A stretch of DNA of 64,000 nt. Source: Armatimonadota bacterium. GTDB lineage: Bacteria; Vulcanimicrobiota; JACPDS01; JBDRKI01. Below, in pieces: positions 21,849 through 32,087 of this stretch (positions are counted from its first letter, which is position 1; each line of letters starts with the position of its first letter). The stretch covers positions 32,272-96,271 of the forward strand of contig JBDRKI010000037.1 of assembly GCA_043814095.1 (NCBI GenBank), in the 5' to 3' direction. A program made the position numbers and the translations under genes. A model generated the notes under the pieces. It was given only the letters and a program-made list of their open reading frames with translations. It did no database searches and was not told where the DNA came from.

Positions 21849-23921
21849 TTGAAAATATTTATGATGAAAAAGTTAAAAAATATAAAACAAAGATATTTAT
21901 TACGGCTTTGTGCGGCAGTAATTATACTTTGCTTTGTCTTTTCATTAAGTGCGGGATGCAGTTCAAATACGGCTGATACTTTACCTGGCTCTGAAAACAG
22001 CATAGCATCTGCTTCAGTTGACGGTACGGTATTATACGGTGAAGGAGATGTAAGGGTTAAGGTTTACTGGCCTGAGAAAGAGATTAAGAGTAAATTAATA
22101 CCTTCAAATACACAGCATATACTTATTACAATAAGCGGGCAGGGATTAACTACCGACAGGGAAGCGCAGATTCCCTACGGCACGACCGAAGCCACAATAG
22201 AAAACCTGCCTGCCGGAAATAAAACCGCCGAGATCCAAGCTGTGGCAGGGAGCGGTTCGATTTTAGCTCACAGGTTTGTTGATTTTGTTATAAGTTCCGG
22301 CCAGACAACGGATGTCAGCGCCATATTAGGTGTTTCAATAACCGCAGATGGCTATATTCCCCAGAATATTACCATATCGCCTAATGATACATTATACTGG
22401 ATAAATTCAGACAGTGCGGCAAATCATCAGATTATATCCGTGGGGGGCAAATTTACCAATTCGGGCAATCTGGCATACGGGCAATCATATAATTATCAGT
22501 TTACAACCGCTAATACCTGTGAATATTATGATAATGCGGATCCTTCCATAAGAGGCAATGTAATAGTAAAGGCTTCACCGTATATTGATTCAATAAGCCC
22601 GTCTTCGGGGACGATAGGCACTTCTGTTACGATAAACGGGGGGAATTTCGGGTCCTCGCAGGGCACATCAACCGTTACTTTTAACGGAGTAACCGCAACC
22701 AGCATAAGCAGCTGGGGTAATACGCAGATAACATGTACGGTTCCTACTTATTCAACTACAGGTACTGTAATTGTAACGGTAGCAGGACAAGCCAGCAATG
22801 CCCAGAGCTTTACAATGAGCATTCCTTCCATTTCAGGTTTAAGTGTTGATAACGGGGCGATAGGCACTTCCGTTACCATAAACGGAAATTATTTCGGGTC
22901 AACCCAGGGAACATCAAAAGTTACATTTAACGGTATAACCGCATCAATTACAAGCTGGGGTAATACTCAGATAATATGTACTGTTCCTGATGCGACAACA
23001 GGCAATGTAGTTGTTACCGTGAGCGGTAATGCCTCAAACGGGGTTGCTTTTACAGTGAACAACAGCTGGTCAGCCCAGGCAAGCGCTATAACGGGTGATG
23101 TTAGAAGTATTATATTTACCGATGCAAACAACGGCTGGGCGGCGGGACTTCAATATTGTGTAAGAACTACAAACGGCGGTACTGACTGGACTACGGTTTA
23201 CGATTTAGGGGGCGGTACTACTCTTTATACTATTTCGGCATTAAATAATATGAGGGCATGGACAGCCGGAAGTCCCACTAATTGTTATTATACCACAGAC
23301 GGCGGTTCAAGCTGGACAGGTGTATGGTTTAATACATCTAGTGCCAGTTCGGTCTTTATGATTAATGAAAATATCGGCTGGATGTCCTGCGGCTGGGAAT
23401 ATGGACAGACAGTTAAAAAAACCAGTAACGGGGGGGCTAGCTGGTCTAATATTTACGATGCAGGCGCGTACCGTATAAAATCAATTCATGCCGAGAATGC
23501 AAATCAGGTATGGATGGTCGGTACAGGCGGCAGGATTCTTTATTCATTAGACGGTGGTAGTAGTAGGGCGGTACAGACAAGCGGCACTGCAAATAACCTG
23601 TGGAGTGTCTTCTTTACCGATACAAGCAACGGCTGGGCGGTAGGCGATTCAGGCACGATTCTTCATACTTCAAACGGCGGATCTTCCTGGTCAGCACAGA
23701 CAAGCGGCACGGCACAGCATTTATACGGTGTCTGCTTTGTTGATTCTGACTGGGGCTGGGCGTGCGGCGCGAACGGCACAATCCTTTATACCAGCAACGG
23801 CGGTACAAACTGGTCAGCCCAGACAAGCGGTACGGCACAGCATTTATACGGAATAAATTTTGTTGATGTAACTCACGGCTGGTGCTGCGGCGCAAGCGGC
23901 ACTATCCTTTATTATCATTAA
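21849..23921 (+). CDS. Lipoprotein, same architecture (paralog 3)
   Basis: Lipobox LSAGC; colinear with paralogs 1 and 2; start may be ATG 21861. Confidence 0.85.
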   Translation: MKIFMMKKLKNIKQRYLLRLCAAVIILCFVFSLSAGCSSNTADTLPGSENSIASASVDGTVLYGEGDVRVKVYWPEKEIKSKLIPSNTQHILITISGQGLTTDREAQIPYGTTEATIENLPAGNKTAEIQAVAGSGSILAHRFVDFVISSGQTTDVSAILGVSITADGYIPQNITISPNDTLYWINSDSAANHQIISVGGKFTNSGNLAYGQSYNYQFTTANTCEYYDNADPSIRGNVIVKASPYIDSISPSSGTIGTSVTINGGNFGSSQGTSTVTFNGVTATSISSWGNTQITCTVPTYSTTGTVIVTVAGQASNAQSFTMSIPSISGLSVDNGAIGTSVTINGNYFGSTQGTSKVTFNGITASITSWGNTQIICTVPDATTGNVVVTVSGNASNGVAFTVNNSWSAQASAITGDVRSIIFTDANNGWAAGLQYCVRTTNGGTDWTTVYDLGGGTTLYTISALNNMRAWTAGSPTNCYYTTDGGSSWTGVWFNTSSASSVFMINENIGWMSCGWEYGQTVKKTSNGGASWSNIYDAGAYRIKSIHAENANQVWMVGTGGRILYSLDGGSSRAVQTSGTANNLWSVFFTDTSNGWAVGDSGTILHTSNGGSSWSAQTSGTAQHLYGVCFVDSDWGWACGANGTILYTSNGGTNWSAQTSGTAQHLYGINFVDVTHGWCCGASGTILYYH

Positions 23922-23937
23922 ATTAACGGGGTGTATT

Positions 23938-24930
23938 ATGATACATAAAAGAAAAATAATTGCATACATAATCTGTATCATCTCTCTTTTATTTGCCGCG
24001 GGCATTATAGCCGGCTGCGGGGGGGGAAGCGGATCATCCGGTGGCGGAGGGACCTCGGCAACGGCAGTTGTAAATAATCCCACTTCCCCGGTTACTCCTG
24101 TTGAGTATGGCACGCTTGAGGTATGGGCATATGAGGATACAGAGAGCACTAAAGGCACTCGGCCTCTGCGCGGCGCTCTGGTTACGGTTGTAGGTGCGGG
24201 AAGTAAATGGGCTTATACGGATTCTGCAGGGTATGCAAGAATAATAGATATAGAAACAGGAAGCTATTGTGTGACAATTACAAAAGCGGGTTATGATTCA
24301 TATTCAAACATGGTTACGATAAGCACTAATTTAACCTCTGCGGTAGGCACAAACGAAGCTCCTGTGGCACTGGGATTATCCACGAATCCTGCTGTTGCAA
24401 ATGTTACACCTACCAAGGCGCTGGTAGGTAATGAGGTTGTAATAAGCGGTGTTAATTTCGGTACTGAAGAAGGCACGGTTAAATTTATTGATCCTGTATA
24501 TAATAAAGAGAAAAATCTTACGGTAATTACATGGTCAGATACCGAGATTATATGCGAGATGGTTGCCGGTGTTTCCAGCGGCTATATATATGTTTATAAC
24601 AGTTCAAATGATATAAGCAGGCCGGTTAAAAATGTTAAATCTGGTCCGAGTATAAATCTTATCGCGAACCTGACGAGAAATACATCTAATTCGGGTTCTA
24701 TAAGTGATGTTGTTATGATTCACGGGAGCGGTTTCGGTGATGACGCCACAGCCGTAAGTATAGCATTTAACGGTACATCAGCAGTGGTTACAAACTGCAG
24801 TCCTTACCAGCTAGTCTGTTCCGTGCCTTCCGGTGCCGCAACAGGCAACGTAGTGGTAACGGCTTCAGGGGCCTCATCAACAGGGTTATCATTTACGGTA
24901 AACGGCAATGCAGATGTTACTGTACAGTAA
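23938..24930 (+). CDS. Lipoprotein with carboxypeptidase-regulatory-like domain and 2x IPT/TIG
   Basis: IIAGC lipobox; GALVTV...TDSAG...GSYCVTITKAGY; ends GNADVTVQ. Confidence 0.8.
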   Translation: MIHKRKIIAYIICIISLLFAAGIIAGCGGGSGSSGGGGTSATAVVNNPTSPVTPVEYGTLEVWAYEDTESTKGTRPLRGALVTVVGAGSKWAYTDSAGYARIIDIETGSYCVTITKAGYDSYSNMVTISTNLTSAVGTNEAPVALGLSTNPAVANVTPTKALVGNEVVISGVNFGTEEGTVKFIDPVYNKEKNLTVITWSDTEIICEMVAGVSSGYIYVYNSSNDISRPVKNVKSGPSINLIANLTRNTSNSGSISDVVMIHGSGFGDDATAVSIAFNGTSAVVTNCSPYQLVCSVPSGAATGNVVVTASGASSTGLSFTVNGNADVTVQ

Positions 24931-24968
24931 TAAAAAAGATAGGATAAATTAAAAAGCGGTAAAAAGGT

Positions 24969-25910
24969 ATGAGAAAAATATTTTTAGTTTTATTAAGTTG
25001 TATGTTTTTCGCTTATGGATGCGGGGGTGGAGGTATTTCTGGTAGTTCTACGCCTGCCGTAAGCAGTGATAATTCAACGGGTTTGTTTTGCTGTAAAATA
25101 AACTGGCCGGAGAAAGATTCATCTTCCGGTTCCCGCTATATTTCATCTTCTACTTCCACTATTAATATTACTATTACCGGAGACGGCATAACAGGTTCAA
25201 TGACAAAGTCAGTGGCTTACGGGAGTTCGGAGATACTGGTTTATTCCGTGCCGGTGGGGAATAAGCAGGCTACCCTGTCCGCAGTAAATTCCAGCGGTAC
25301 GGTTTTATCGCACAGGATTGTAAATTATATTCAGGCAGGCGGTCAGATAACGTCTGTACAGGCGAATATGGGAGTAACGGTAAAAGATAATGAAGTTATC
25401 CCTTCTTCTATGACTATCCCTGTCAGTACGAGTTTAACATTTAAAAATAACGGCAGCAAAAGTTATTCTATAAAGATTACTCCTCCTAACGCGGGAACGG
25501 TAACTACAAATTATATAGTTACAAACGCTTCTTTTACATATGCTTTTAATACTGCAGGCACTTATACGGGTTATGTGGTAGAAGAACCTGCACTGACATT
25601 TACCATTACGGTAACGGATGACCCACAGCCGTATTCAGGGCCTCTTGCTATTAACGCATTGGTACCTTCAAGCGGATCAGTAGGGACTACGGTAAATATT
25701 ATAGGTTCGGGGTTCGGTTCCGTTCAAGGGACGAGCACGGTTACATTTAACGGTACGGCTGTAACCCCTATCTCTTGGAGCCCTTACCAGATAGTATGCC
25801 TGGTGCCTTCGGGCGCATCTACGGGCAATGTAGTAGTTACGGTAAGCGGTACGGCTTCAAATGCGGAAGCATTTACAGTAACAGGGGGCTGGACGCCTAC
25901 TGTGCAGTAA
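24969..25910 (+). CDS. Lipoprotein: WP N-domain, cupredoxin-like, IPT/TIG, no propeller
   Basis: FAYGC lipobox; KINWPEK; ends GGWTPTVQ. Confidence 0.8.
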   Translation: MRKIFLVLLSCMFFAYGCGGGGISGSSTPAVSSDNSTGLFCCKINWPEKDSSSGSRYISSSTSTINITITGDGITGSMTKSVAYGSSEILVYSVPVGNKQATLSAVNSSGTVLSHRIVNYIQAGGQITSVQANMGVTVKDNEVIPSSMTIPVSTSLTFKNNGSKSYSIKITPPNAGTVTTNYIVTNASFTYAFNTAGTYTGYVVEEPALTFTITVTDDPQPYSGPLAINALVPSSGSVGTTVNIIGSGFGSVQGTSTVTFNGTAVTPISWSPYQIVCLVPSGASTGNVVVTVSGTASNAEAFTVTGGWTPTVQ

Positions 25911-25974
25911 ATAAAAATTAGAAATTGCGAATTTCTGCCGGACATCCGGGATAAAATAGCTAAGGAGCAGAACA

Positions 25975-26772
25975 ATGGTTGATAATTATTTTAAAAGCGG
26001 ATTTTTTGTGCGAGAAGTTAAAAATGATGATGCAGAAGGGACAATTTTTTATATCCACGGACTGGGCGAGTCAGGACTTTGTTTTGAAGAGCTTATGACT
26101 GACACTAGGATAAATAAGTGGAACCACATCTCACTGGATATACCTGGGTACGGCAAATCGCCACGGGAAGAGAATCCTCTTAGTTTTAAACAGATGGTAA
26201 GTCTTTTTTCAAAATGGATTAAGAAAAACATAAAAGAGCCGGTTGTCCTGCTGGGCCATTCCATGGGAGGGGTAATCGGCACTATCTTATGTGAGAAACA
26301 CCCCGGTCTTATCAAAGCCTTTATAAATGTTGAGGGAAACTTATCTTTACAGGACTGTACTTTCAGCTGGAAAGCCGCGGAATATACCCTTCCAGAGTTC
26401 AAAGAGGGCGGTTTTGAGAACATGTGCAACATTATTTACAAAGCAGGTATTAAAGAAACATCTTTAAGAGGTTATTATGCCAGCCTGCGCATGTGTGATA
26501 TAAACGCTTATTACAAAAACAGCTTAGAGCTTGTGGAATTATCCAAAAAAGAACAGCTTGCAGAGCGTCTTTTTAAATTAAAGATACCTGTATCATATAT
26601 ACTTGGCCACCCGGGCGGGGTAGGCGAGTATTCCAGATCTCTTCTTTCCCGAGCGGGTATTAAATATCATGTTATTGAAGGCGCGGGACACTGGCCTTTA
26701 ACCGATCAGCCGGATAAGTTTATAGAGAATATATCTTCCTTTCTGAATTCGGTAGATACTTGCAGGTTATAA
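25975..26772 (+). CDS. Alpha/beta fold hydrolase
   Basis: IHGLG, GHSMGG nucleophile elbow, AGHW. Confidence 0.9.
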   Translation: MVDNYFKSGFFVREVKNDDAEGTIFYIHGLGESGLCFEELMTDTRINKWNHISLDIPGYGKSPREENPLSFKQMVSLFSKWIKKNIKEPVVLLGHSMGGVIGTILCEKHPGLIKAFINVEGNLSLQDCTFSWKAAEYTLPEFKEGGFENMCNIIYKAGIKETSLRGYYASLRMCDINAYYKNSLELVELSKKEQLAERLFKLKIPVSYILGHPGGVGEYSRSLLSRAGIKYHVIEGAGHWPLTDQPDKFIENISSFLNSVDTCRL

Positions 26773-26775
26773 CAA

Positions 26776-26800
26776 AGGTATTTTCCGGTAAATATAGAAA
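26776..26800 (+). promoter_or_regulatory. sigma-H-like promoter
   Basis: AGGT-N17-GAAA. Confidence 0.45.
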
Positions 26801-26842
26801 ATACTGTAAAATAACACTTTTTTATATTCCGGAGGATAAAAT

Positions 26843-27862
26843 ATGTCCAGAAAAATCCTTTTTACCGTTATTTCCCTTTTTATTCTTGTATTTTGTATGC
26901 AGTTAAGCCTCTATGCGGATAAGGATATAATTGATGCCGGCCTTCAAATTACAAGTCCCGCTCAGGGGGCTTCTTTTGAGCCGGGGCAGGACTGTGTAAT
27001 AAACGTAACTATGAATAAGGATGCCGCTCAGACTGCAAAAAGTTTATTAATCCGGTTTACCCAGAATAACCGCATAACAGATAAATTAATAGAGGAAGGC
27101 ATTCAACCTCTTACTCAAGTTACAATACATATTCCTTCTAACATATCAGCGGGGCCGGTGGAGATTTATGTCCAGCTTAATTCGGATAGTGAGCTTAAAA
27201 ATAATATAGCAAAGCAAACTGTAAATATTATTAAAGAAAAACCGGATGTAGATATAGAAATAACAGAACCTGTAAAAGACGCAAAATTTTGTGCCGGTGA
27301 AGATATTAAAATTAATACAAAGATAAATTCTGAAGCTATAAGCGGGGTTAAATACATAGAGGTTAATCTGTGCAAAGATGATGAAGTTGTAGTTCGGGCA
27401 GAAATAGATAAGCCGCAGGAAAAGAATAATACTGTCTTACAGATTCCTAAGAACGCGAAACCCGGTGATCTTTTTACGGTTAAAGCTGTAGCTATGCCGT
27501 GCAGGCATCTTTCTGATCATACGGCTAAGGTTGCCATAGGTATTAAAGAAATTGACGCGGAATTAAGACTTATAATGCCGGGTATGGGCGCTTCTATAAA
27601 ACAGAGCGAAGAGTTTGAAATACAGTTCAGTATAAATGAAGATGCTTTGAAATTGGCGGAAAAAGTGCTTATTAAACTTAAAACCCCTGTAGATACAATT
27701 CTTTATACAAAGACAATAGATGATCCGCAGGCAATTAACAGTATTAGGGCAAAACTTAAAAAAAGAGATTATATGGGTGACGCTGATCTTTATATAACTT
27801 TAAGCCCGCATAAAGGTCTTAAGAATTATGAAGTTAAGCAAGTTATAAGAGTAATAGAATAG
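26843..27862 (+). CDS. Secreted protein with three ~100-aa Ig-like repeats
   Basis: Signal peptide; repeats starting DAGLQITSP / DVDIEITEP / DAELRLIMP. Confidence 0.75.
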   Translation: MSRKILFTVISLFILVFCMQLSLYADKDIIDAGLQITSPAQGASFEPGQDCVINVTMNKDAAQTAKSLLIRFTQNNRITDKLIEEGIQPLTQVTIHIPSNISAGPVEIYVQLNSDSELKNNIAKQTVNIIKEKPDVDIEITEPVKDAKFCAGEDIKINTKINSEAISGVKYIEVNLCKDDEVVVRAEIDKPQEKNNTVLQIPKNAKPGDLFTVKAVAMPCRHLSDHTAKVAIGIKEIDAELRLIMPGMGASIKQSEEFEIQFSINEDALKLAEKVLIKLKTPVDTILYTKTIDDPQAINSIRAKLKKRDYMGDADLYITLSPHKGLKNYEVKQVIRVIE

Positions 27863-27869
27863 GAGGATT

Positions 27870-28898
27870 ATGATGAGAAATAAATTATGGATTACCGCAT
27901 TTATTTTACTTATCTTTTTTGCAGTAATAAGTACCACTGCATTCGCACAACCCCGCGAGCAGAATGCGGTCTACAAAAATTCTATCTGGCGCGTTGTTCT
28001 TAATAAGGATCATACACTGTTATGTTACGGGGCGGGTTACGGCAACTGGCTGCCTAACAAAAGTATTGTTATCGCGACCGGTGTTGATAATTTCTGGACT
28101 GACGGCTCATGGCGGGGTCCTGTTATAGTTTTCCAGAAAGGAAAAGTTTTTTACGCCACTGTACGCCAGTATGACAGCGGCAGGGATCTTATTGCGGGAA
28201 AGATATACAGCGGTGATGACGTGAATTCCATAAATGTTAACGGCAGGATTTACGGCGCGTATATACAGATCATATTAAATAACGGGAAACGGATAAACTG
28301 GTCAATATGGCAGTATCCGGGCCTTCCCGGAAAGCTTGAAAAAGGCGAAGAAGTTATGGGAGAGCCCCCGGTTACAAACCTTCCTCCGCCTGCAGGCATT
28401 CTTCCATCAAAACCCGCGGATGCTAAAAAGCTTCTGGGCGGAGAATTAAAGAAAGTTCATTATTTTAATTATGACGGCAGGTGGGTAAACCTTTCGGATG
28501 TTGCCAAAGGCAAATCAAAGGTAGTAATCTGCACTAACAATAAATACGGGGGTACAGCAGAAGTGCTTCTCTGGCTTACTTTTAACCGGCCTGCTAAATT
28601 TACCATGTCGGAATATAATTTTCCCACCAAAGATAAAAACTATGGTGAACAGGCAAAGCTTAAGTTTATAGAACTGGACAGAAAAGATCTTGAAAAGAAT
28701 AAAAACGATAAGGATGTAAAACCCTTTTATAATATGCTTAAAGAAGCTCCTTATGTGTACATGATAAAAATAGAAGCGTTTGATCACGGTTATATGAGCG
28801 CTTACACAGTTAATTTCGGAGCGCCCTGCACTTCTGCGGCAGGTTCGGCGAAGCTTGATGACAGCGCCGTATACAGGGCAATGATAGGGAGTTGGTAA
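27870..28898 (+). CDS. Secreted hypothetical two-domain protein
   Basis: Signal peptide AFA|Q; Pro-rich central linker; GGAGG SD. Confidence 0.7.
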   Translation: MMRNKLWITAFILLIFFAVISTTAFAQPREQNAVYKNSIWRVVLNKDHTLLCYGAGYGNWLPNKSIVIATGVDNFWTDGSWRGPVIVFQKGKVFYATVRQYDSGRDLIAGKIYSGDDVNSINVNGRIYGAYIQIILNNGKRINWSIWQYPGLPGKLEKGEEVMGEPPVTNLPPPAGILPSKPADAKKLLGGELKKVHYFNYDGRWVNLSDVAKGKSKVVICTNNKYGGTAEVLLWLTFNRPAKFTMSEYNFPTKDKNYGEQAKLKFIELDRKDLEKNKNDKDVKPFYNMLKEAPYVYMIKIEAFDHGYMSAYTVNFGAPCTSAAGSAKLDDSAVYRAMIGSW

Positions 28899-28913
28899 AA
28901 ATAAGGAGGCCGT

Positions 28914-29321
28914 ATGCCGGCAAAACAGGTTCTGCCTAAAGACAGAAATTTAATTTCATACTGCGGGCTTGATTGCTCGCAGTGTGTTATTCATACTACT
29001 GATATCTCGGGAAAGGCAAAAGCGCTGCGCAGGGAGCTACGTTCGGCTAAAGCGAAAAAGTTCTGGGGCGATATCCCGTTTCTGGGTGAGTATGGGCCGT
29101 TTAAGAAATCTCTGGACGGTCTGGCAATGCTCAGATGTGTTAAATTATGCAGGGGAGGGGGCAGTAATCCGTGGTGCAAAATAAGGAAGTGCTGTCAAAG
29201 AAAAAAAATCTGGTCCTGCGCTGAATGTGAAGAAATGTTAACCTGCACTAAGCTTGAGCCTATTACTAAAGGTTATAAAGGCAAGAATCTTAAAATACTT
29301 AAAGTCCTGCGGAAGAAATAA
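28914..29321 (+). CDS. DUF3795 family Cys-rich protein
   Basis: YCGLDCSQC...CKIRKCC...CAEC. Confidence 0.85.
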   Translation: MPAKQVLPKDRNLISYCGLDCSQCVIHTTDISGKAKALRRELRSAKAKKFWGDIPFLGEYGPFKKSLDGLAMLRCVKLCRGGGSNPWCKIRKCCQRKKIWSCAECEEMLTCTKLEPITKGYKGKNLKILKVLRKK

Positions 29322-29326
29322 TTATA

Positions 29327-30139
29327 ATGAAGAATAAAATGAAAATTTCAATAGCGCAAACGGATGTCCTAAGAGCTGATCCGGAAGAGAACCTAAAGAA
29401 AAGCGAATCATATATTAAAAGAGCCGCAGAGAGCGGCTCTGAACTTATATGTTTTCCAGAGATGTGGCTTACCGGTTTTGACTGGAAGTTTAATGAAGAA
29501 TTTGCGCATAAGAATAAAGATATTGTAAATATAATAGGATCTATGGCAAAGGAAAATAATATATGGATTAACGGCACAATGCCCGGGCTTGATGAAGAAA
29601 GTAACGTTTCTAATACTTCGATGCTGTTTGATAATAAAGGTGAACGCGTTGCAGTTTACAGGAAAACACATCTTTTCAGTTATATGCATGAAGATAAACA
29701 TACCGCTAAAGGTACATATTTAACTCTTGCAGATACTCCGTGGGGGAAAATAGGGTTATCGGTATGTTATGATATAAGGTTTCCGGAACTTTTCAGAACA
29801 TATGCTTTAAAAGGCGCAAGATTGATTTTATCTCCCATGGCGTTCCCGTATCCCCGTCTTTCGCACTGGAAGATACTTGTGCGGGCCCGCGCCATAGAGA
29901 ACCAGCTTTTTATGGTTGGAGTAAATCAAGTGGGGGATGAAGATTTCGGCAAATACGGCAAGGTAACATATTTCGGCTCATCTGTTATTGTAGACCCCTG
30001 GGGTGAGACTGTTATAGAAGCAGAGGAGAAAGAAGAAGAACTTCTTTCAACTGAAATAGATTTATCTCTTTCGGATGAGATAAGAAATAAAATGAAAGTA
30101 TTATCTGACCGCAGGCCGGAGCTGTATGAACTGGGTTAA
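29327..30139 (+). CDS. Carbon-nitrogen hydrolase (nitrilase superfamily)
   Basis: E-K-C triad motifs FPEM, YRKTHL, CYDIRFPE; RARAIEN. Confidence 0.92.
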   Translation: MKNKMKISIAQTDVLRADPEENLKKSESYIKRAAESGSELICFPEMWLTGFDWKFNEEFAHKNKDIVNIIGSMAKENNIWINGTMPGLDEESNVSNTSMLFDNKGERVAVYRKTHLFSYMHEDKHTAKGTYLTLADTPWGKIGLSVCYDIRFPELFRTYALKGARLILSPMAFPYPRLSHWKILVRARAIENQLFMVGVNQVGDEDFGKYGKVTYFGSSVIVDPWGETVIEAEEKEEELLSTEIDLSLSDEIRNKMKVLSDRRPELYELG

Positions 30140-31965
30140 ATATCCAGCAGTGTGATTACGCCGTGAACTTTCTCCGGCGGGAATTCGTAGAACTGTACTA
30201 CTTTAGGTGTTAATCTCTTTATTATATTAAAGATTTTATAGAATATATCATGTGTATGAATTTCTTCAATTCCGTAAAAGATTATTCTTTCATTTACGCT
30301 GTGTTTTTCAAGAATTTCTTCAACATTTATTACTTCCATATACCCCAGTTTTATATAAAGGGCTTTAAGGCCCGGGGCAATATCTTCTGTAAATTCAACA
30401 TCCAGACCGAACGGTTTATCCGTGACTTTTATCTCACACCCTATATTCTCCTGGTAGATAATGCCTTGTTTAAACATTACATTCGGAATATAGGTAGGTA
30501 GGTTTGCAAAATCATCCGAGATGAATATAGCCGTGCCTGTTATTTTAGGCGCGCTTTCATATACCTGATTATATTCAGATAAAAAAGCCTGGGATTTAAC
30601 AGGTTTGAGCGCTTTACGTACTGCATTCTGGCCTGCTGTATAAAGCAGTATTACACTTAACGGTATAAGCGCAAGTATTATGGATATATATCCTCCGTGC
30701 GGTATCTTATGGAAGTTGGCTATTAAAAATGCTATATCAACCACTGTTACAAATAAAGACAGGAAAGCGTAAAGCGGTTCTTTCTTTAAGGAGTATATCC
30801 ATAACAGCATTAATCCGGTGATAACCATGGTTACATTAACCGAAAACCCGTATGCTACTGCCATACGGCCTGATTCCTTGAATAATAATAACATTACGGT
30901 AACACATATGAATAAAAACCAGTTTATAGATCCTATATATATTTGGGAGTGCATCTTTTTTGAAGTATGATCTATTCTTAAGCGCGGCAGGATGTTGGTA
31001 TTTATAGCCTGATATACAATGGAAAACATCGCGCTTAACATTGCCTGTGAAGCTATTACCGTAGCGCATATGGCCAGTATAAGGAAGGGTATGTAAAATA
31101 ATACTGATTGAGCGTGAATCATTCCGAAGAGCATGCTTTTTGTTCCGGGATTTTTCATAAGGTGGGCTCCCTGGCCCAAGTAGCACAGTACAAGGCATAT
31201 AAAAACGAAATGCCAGGCGCGTTTAATTGAGTTTTTACCCAGGTGTCCCATATCCGCGTAAAGAGCCTCACCTCCGGTTACGCAGAGTATTACTTCGCAA
31301 AGAACAAGAAATCCTAAGAGTTTGTTTTTTGCAAAGAAGGCGAAAGCGTGTCCCGGACTTACTGCACCCAGGATACTGGGAAACTGTATTATGGATATTA
31401 TTCCGGTAATACCGAGGATAAGGAACCATATGCCCATTACAGGGCTGAAGAATTTAGCGACTTTATCGGTCCCTTTACTCTGGAAGAAGAATATTAAGAA
31501 TGTAATAACCACAGAGATCAATATCACATTGCTAAGCGGCATATTATGGAATTTGGGCATTAGCTTTATTCCTTCAACCGCGCTTAATATGGATATCGCC
31601 GGAGTTATGATGCCGTCTCCGATTAAGAATGAAAGCCCTATAAAAGAAAGTATGGTAATAATGCGTATCTGGCGTTTGGACTTAAGAAGCTTTCTTAAAA
31701 CTTCCCTCAGTATGATTATGCCGCCTTCACCTCTTATACTGAGGTTCATTGCGAGAAAAACATACTGTATATATACAACAATTATTAATGACCATATTAT
31801 AAGGGAGAGGACTCCAAAAATATTGCCGGGGGTAGGTTCTTTTAAAAAGAAAAAGATAGCCGTGAGTGTATATATGGGACTTGTTCCTATATCCCCGAAT
31901 ACGATACCTAAGGGTTTGGAAAAAACATTTAACCTATCATAAATCTTTTTATAAATTCTTTTCAT
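30136..31965 (-). CDS. kup: KUP/HAK/KT potassium transporter
   Basis: GIVFGDIGTSPIY, GDGIITPAISILSAVEG and EALYADMGH motifs. Confidence 0.95.
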   Translation of the reverse strand: MKRIYKKIYDRLNVFSKPLGIVFGDIGTSPIYTLTAIFFFLKEPTPGNIFGVLSLIIWSLIIVVYIQYVFLAMNLSIRGEGGIIILREVLRKLLKSKRQIRIITILSFIGLSFLIGDGIITPAISILSAVEGIKLMPKFHNMPLSNVILISVVITFLIFFFQSKGTDKVAKFFSPVMGIWFLILGITGIISIIQFPSILGAVSPGHAFAFFAKNKLLGFLVLCEVILCVTGGEALYADMGHLGKNSIKRAWHFVFICLVLCYLGQGAHLMKNPGTKSMLFGMIHAQSVLFYIPFLILAICATVIASQAMLSAMFSIVYQAINTNILPRLRIDHTSKKMHSQIYIGSINWFLFICVTVMLLLFKESGRMAVAYGFSVNVTMVITGLMLLWIYSLKKEPLYAFLSLFVTVVDIAFLIANFHKIPHGGYISIILALIPLSVILLYTAGQNAVRKALKPVKSQAFLSEYNQVYESAPKITGTAIFISDDFANLPTYIPNVMFKQGIIYQENIGCEIKVTDKPFGLDVEFTEDIAPGLKALYIKLGYMEVINVEEILEKHSVNERIIFYGIEEIHTHDIFYKIFNIIKRLTPKVVQFYEFPPEKVHGVITLLDI

Positions 31966-32023
31966 ATATATAAACTTTTTATATATTTAAAAGTAATATC
32001 CTGCATATTAAATTTATTTATAC

Positions 32024-32048
32024 AGGATATTTTTTATAATCAAAGAAA
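32024..32048 (+). promoter_or_regulatory. sigma-H-like promoter
   Basis: CAGGA-N17-GAAA. Confidence 0.5.
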
Positions 32049-32087
32049 ATAATTTATATAAATTACATTTAAAAAGGAGAGTATTAT

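Noticed and set aside
17755-23921. Diversity-generating retroelement acting on the paralogs
   Set aside because: No reverse transcriptase or non-coding template repeat in the window, and the differences do not look adenine-specific.
31978-32002. sigma-H-like promoter for kup
   Set aside because: GCAGGA is present on the minus strand, but the -10 position reads TAAA rather than GAA(T/A); not counted.
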